A stretch of DNA of 32,000 bases, taken from the NCBI GenBank assembly GCA_004563595.2, contig CP042461.1, positions 720,001 to 752,000 on the forward strand. The letters are read 5' to 3'. Below the pieces are notes generated by a model, which saw only the letters and a program-made list of their open reading frames with translations, made no database searches and was not told where the DNA came from. Within the stretch, counting starts at the first letter, position 1. Every line of letters starts with the position of its first letter. The stretch is from Candidatus Saccharimonadota bacterium. GTDB taxonomy: Bacteria; Patescibacteriota; Gracilibacteria; BD1-5; UBA6164. The translations under genes and the position numbers were made by a program. Below, in pieces: positions 29,935-32,000 of the stretch.

Positions 29935-31920
29935 ATGAAAAAAATACTTTCAATACTTTTGATTTTCTGATTATTACTTCAAAGTTTATTTGTTACAGGT
30001 ACTGCTTATGCAGTAGAAGAAACAACTGTAGATATTGATGGATTATATATGCCTCAATTTGAAGATCCTCTTTTTAAAGAAAATTTTCTAAACAATATAA
30101 TCAAAAATAACTGATTTAATTTACAAGCAGGAGATAACTGAATACCAATTACTACACATGGAGCAAACTATCCTACATACTCTCCTGATGGGAACTATAT
30201 TGTTTATTCTAATAAAGATGGTTCACACTATATATATAAAAAAAATAGTTCTGATAATTCAACTGGTATCCAGTTAGGAACAAAAATAAGTCGAGCTCTT
30301 GTTTATACTCCTGATGGTAATAATCTTATATATACAAATTATAATGATTGATATGCTATATATAAGAAAAGTGCTAATGATCTTGCTAACTGAAACTGAA
30401 TTACAAATTATTATTGATATTACCCTCAAGTTTCACCTGATTGAAATGATTTATATTTTGTAATAAAATGATCTAATACTTATAAAGTCTATAAAAAAGC
30501 AATAAATGCACCAATAAATGACTGAGATCTAATAATTGATAAAGAAGTATACTGGATATCACTTTCTCCAGATTGAAATAATTTAATATATAAAGACTGA
30601 GCTAATAATCTTTTATACAATAGAGATTTAGTAAATAACACAACTAAACTAATTACAAGTGTTGGTTGAGCAACATTCACATATTCTCCAGATTGAAAAT
30701 ACCTAATTTATACAAATGAAAGTGATTGATATAAACTTTACAAAAAAGATCCAAACACCTTGTCTAATGGGACGGCAATAAATAGTGTATCTTCATTCTA
30801 CCCTGCATTTTCTCCTGATTGAAAATACTTAGTTTATACGAATATCAGTGATGGATATAAAATGTATAAAATTGAGATGCCTTTTGTCACTGAACTATGA
30901 TCAATAACATCTACTCAAACAGTTATTAATTCTAATAATGAAAATTCAGTAGATTTTTCAATTAGCTGAATTAAGGATACAGATAGTGGAAATACAATCA
31001 CTTATAGCTATTCTTTTAATAATTCCACTTTTACAAATCTACCTGTTACAAATACAAGTCCAATATCAAATGGGACTTATAATTTTAATTTAGATTTATC
31101 AAGTAGACCATCTTGAGATATTACGGTATATATAAGAGCAAATGATGGAAGCGAAAATTCTAATGTAGTAAGTATAACTCTTGTAAAAAATAATACCCCT
31201 ATTCTTGATTCATTAACTTCAACTCAAACAGATATAAACTTAGATAATGTTTTAAGTCTAGATTTAAAAGTGAATTGAATCAATGATCCTGATACATCAA
31301 ACACTCTAAGCTATAGTTACTCTTTTGATAATATCGATTTTACTGATTTAACGGATACTTGAATCTCACCAATTTCAGATGGAAATTATAATTTTGATTT
31401 AAATCTCTCATGACAAGATGATGGATTAGTCAACATATATGTAAAAACAAATGATTGATATGAAAATTCAAACACGGTAAGTTTAGCTTTAAATAAAAGT
31501 GCTACATTATTAGTCCCAACTGCACCTTCAGCTGTGAATACAAATAATATATCATTAAACTGAGCAACATATAGTTGGACTGATAATTCAGAAGGTGACA
31601 ATAGAGAGTATAAACATGTCATTAAAGATCAAGATAATAATATTATAGTTGATGAAATTTGAGCAAATGCTACAAATATTATAGAATCATGATTAACTCC
31701 AAATACGTCATATCAAAGAAAAATATGTGCAGTAAATGATGCATGAGAAGCTTGTAGTATACTAATAAATTTTACTACAAAAATAGAAGTAACATGATGA
31801 AAAACAACTACCTTTGACTTTGCATGAATTGTCATCAATATTGTTGAAACACTTGAGATGTTTAAAGTAGAATTTAATATCTGAGAATTTAAAATTAATT
31901 TTAGTATTGAAAAGATATAA
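29935..31920 (+). CDS. secreted TolB-like beta-propeller protein with tandem Ig-like repeats and an FN3-like domain (661 aa)
   Basis: Signal peptide is MKKILSILLIFGLLLQSLFVTGTAYA. There are six PD40-type blades (YSPDGNYIVY, YTPDGNNLIY, VSPDGNDLYF, LSPDGNNLIY, YSPDGKYLIY, FSPDGKYLVY). The frame ends at TAA 31918-31920. Confidence 0.85.
30150..30880 (+). other. six PD40 (WD40-like) beta-propeller repeats
   Basis: The x-SPDG-x-x-L-(I/V)-Y ... Y-K-(I/L/V)-Y-K-K periodicity repeats six times. Several of the SPDG Gly codons are TGA. Confidence 0.8.
30901..31518 (+). repeat. intragenic tandem duplication: two 309-nt (103-aa) Ig-like units
   Basis: Unit 1 (30901-31209) reads SITSTQTVINS...YSYSFNNSTFTNL...ISNGTYNFNLDLS...VYIRANDGSENSN. 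Unit 2 (31210-31518) reads SLTSTQTDINL...YSYSFDNIDFTDL...ISDGNYNFDLNLS...IYVKTNDGYENSN. Confidence 0.8.
31516..31780 (+). other. fibronectin type III-like domain
   Basis: PTAPSAVNTNNISLNGATYSWTDNSEGDNREYKHVIKD...GLTPNTSYQRKICAVNDAGEA fits the FN3 pattern of a conserved W, a T-x-Y and an A-x-N-x-x-G. Confidence 0.55.
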
Positions 31921-32000
31921 AATAAGCCTCTACTACTAGATACATATTTCGTTTACTAAAATAAAGCGCTCTAAAAAAATAATAATATTAGTAAGCCTTT

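Noticed and set aside
1-32000. Interpretation as a heavily pseudogenised standard-code (table 11) genome, given the many in-frame TGA codons in every conserved gene.
   Set aside because: The supposed stops fall on invariant Gly positions of many unrelated families. No TAA or TAG interruptions occur in the same frames. Reading TGA as Gly restores full-length, tightly packed genes.
1-32000. Translation table 4 (TGA=Trp, as in Mycoplasma and Spiroplasma), suggested by the low G+C content.
   Set aside because: TGA sits at P-loop and catalytic-motif glycines (GLGKT, GKGT, DTG, AAGN, GGDGT, SPDG). TGG is used at conserved Trp positions such as RRWA in UppS. Trp at the TGA sites would be incompatible with the motifs.
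1-32000. CRISPR arrays, tRNA or rRNA genes, and transposase, integrase or phage structural genes.
   Set aside because: No regularly spaced direct repeats and no cloverleaf-like G+C-rich 70-90-nt segments were seen. No DDE, tyrosine- or serine-recombinase motifs appeared in any table-25 frame I read.

Overview
AT-rich 32-kb chromosomal window from a bacterium that reads TGA as glycine (translation table 25, as in Gracilibacteria/Absconditabacteria of the CPR). The standard-code ORF track is fragmented. Hand translation with TGA=Gly resolves it into about 24 tightly packed genes. All coordinates were frame-checked by hand and have no database support.

Core genes:
- dnaA (680-2098, -) and RNase P RNA (2388-2775, +)
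- adk, a UPF0020/Trm11-like RNA methyltransferase, miaB, dcd, gltX, clpP and nadK
- a minus-strand envelope operon, secF / MsbA-like ABC exporter / uppS / ispA
- a DedA-family protein

Two regions look accessory.
1. 4.6-6.4 kb holds two small membrane-protein genes that contain no TGA codons and carry Shine-Dalgarno sites, unlike their neighbours. One of them is bracketed by a roughly 155-bp duplication of the miaB 3' end.
2. 18.3-31.9 kb starts with a MITE-like inverted-repeat element. It is followed by a 1883-aa Sec-secreted protein (subtilase S8, then a transglutaminase-like domain, then a long unknown region, then a distinct C-terminal module) that looks like a polymorphic toxin. Next come two paralogous CPCC zinc-ribbon proteins (candidate immunity proteins), a 1410-aa surface protein with prenyltransferase-like repeats and a CARDB-like domain, and a 661-aa PD40/Ig-like/FN3 secreted protein.

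No CRISPR array, rRNA, tRNA, transposase or integrase was seen.
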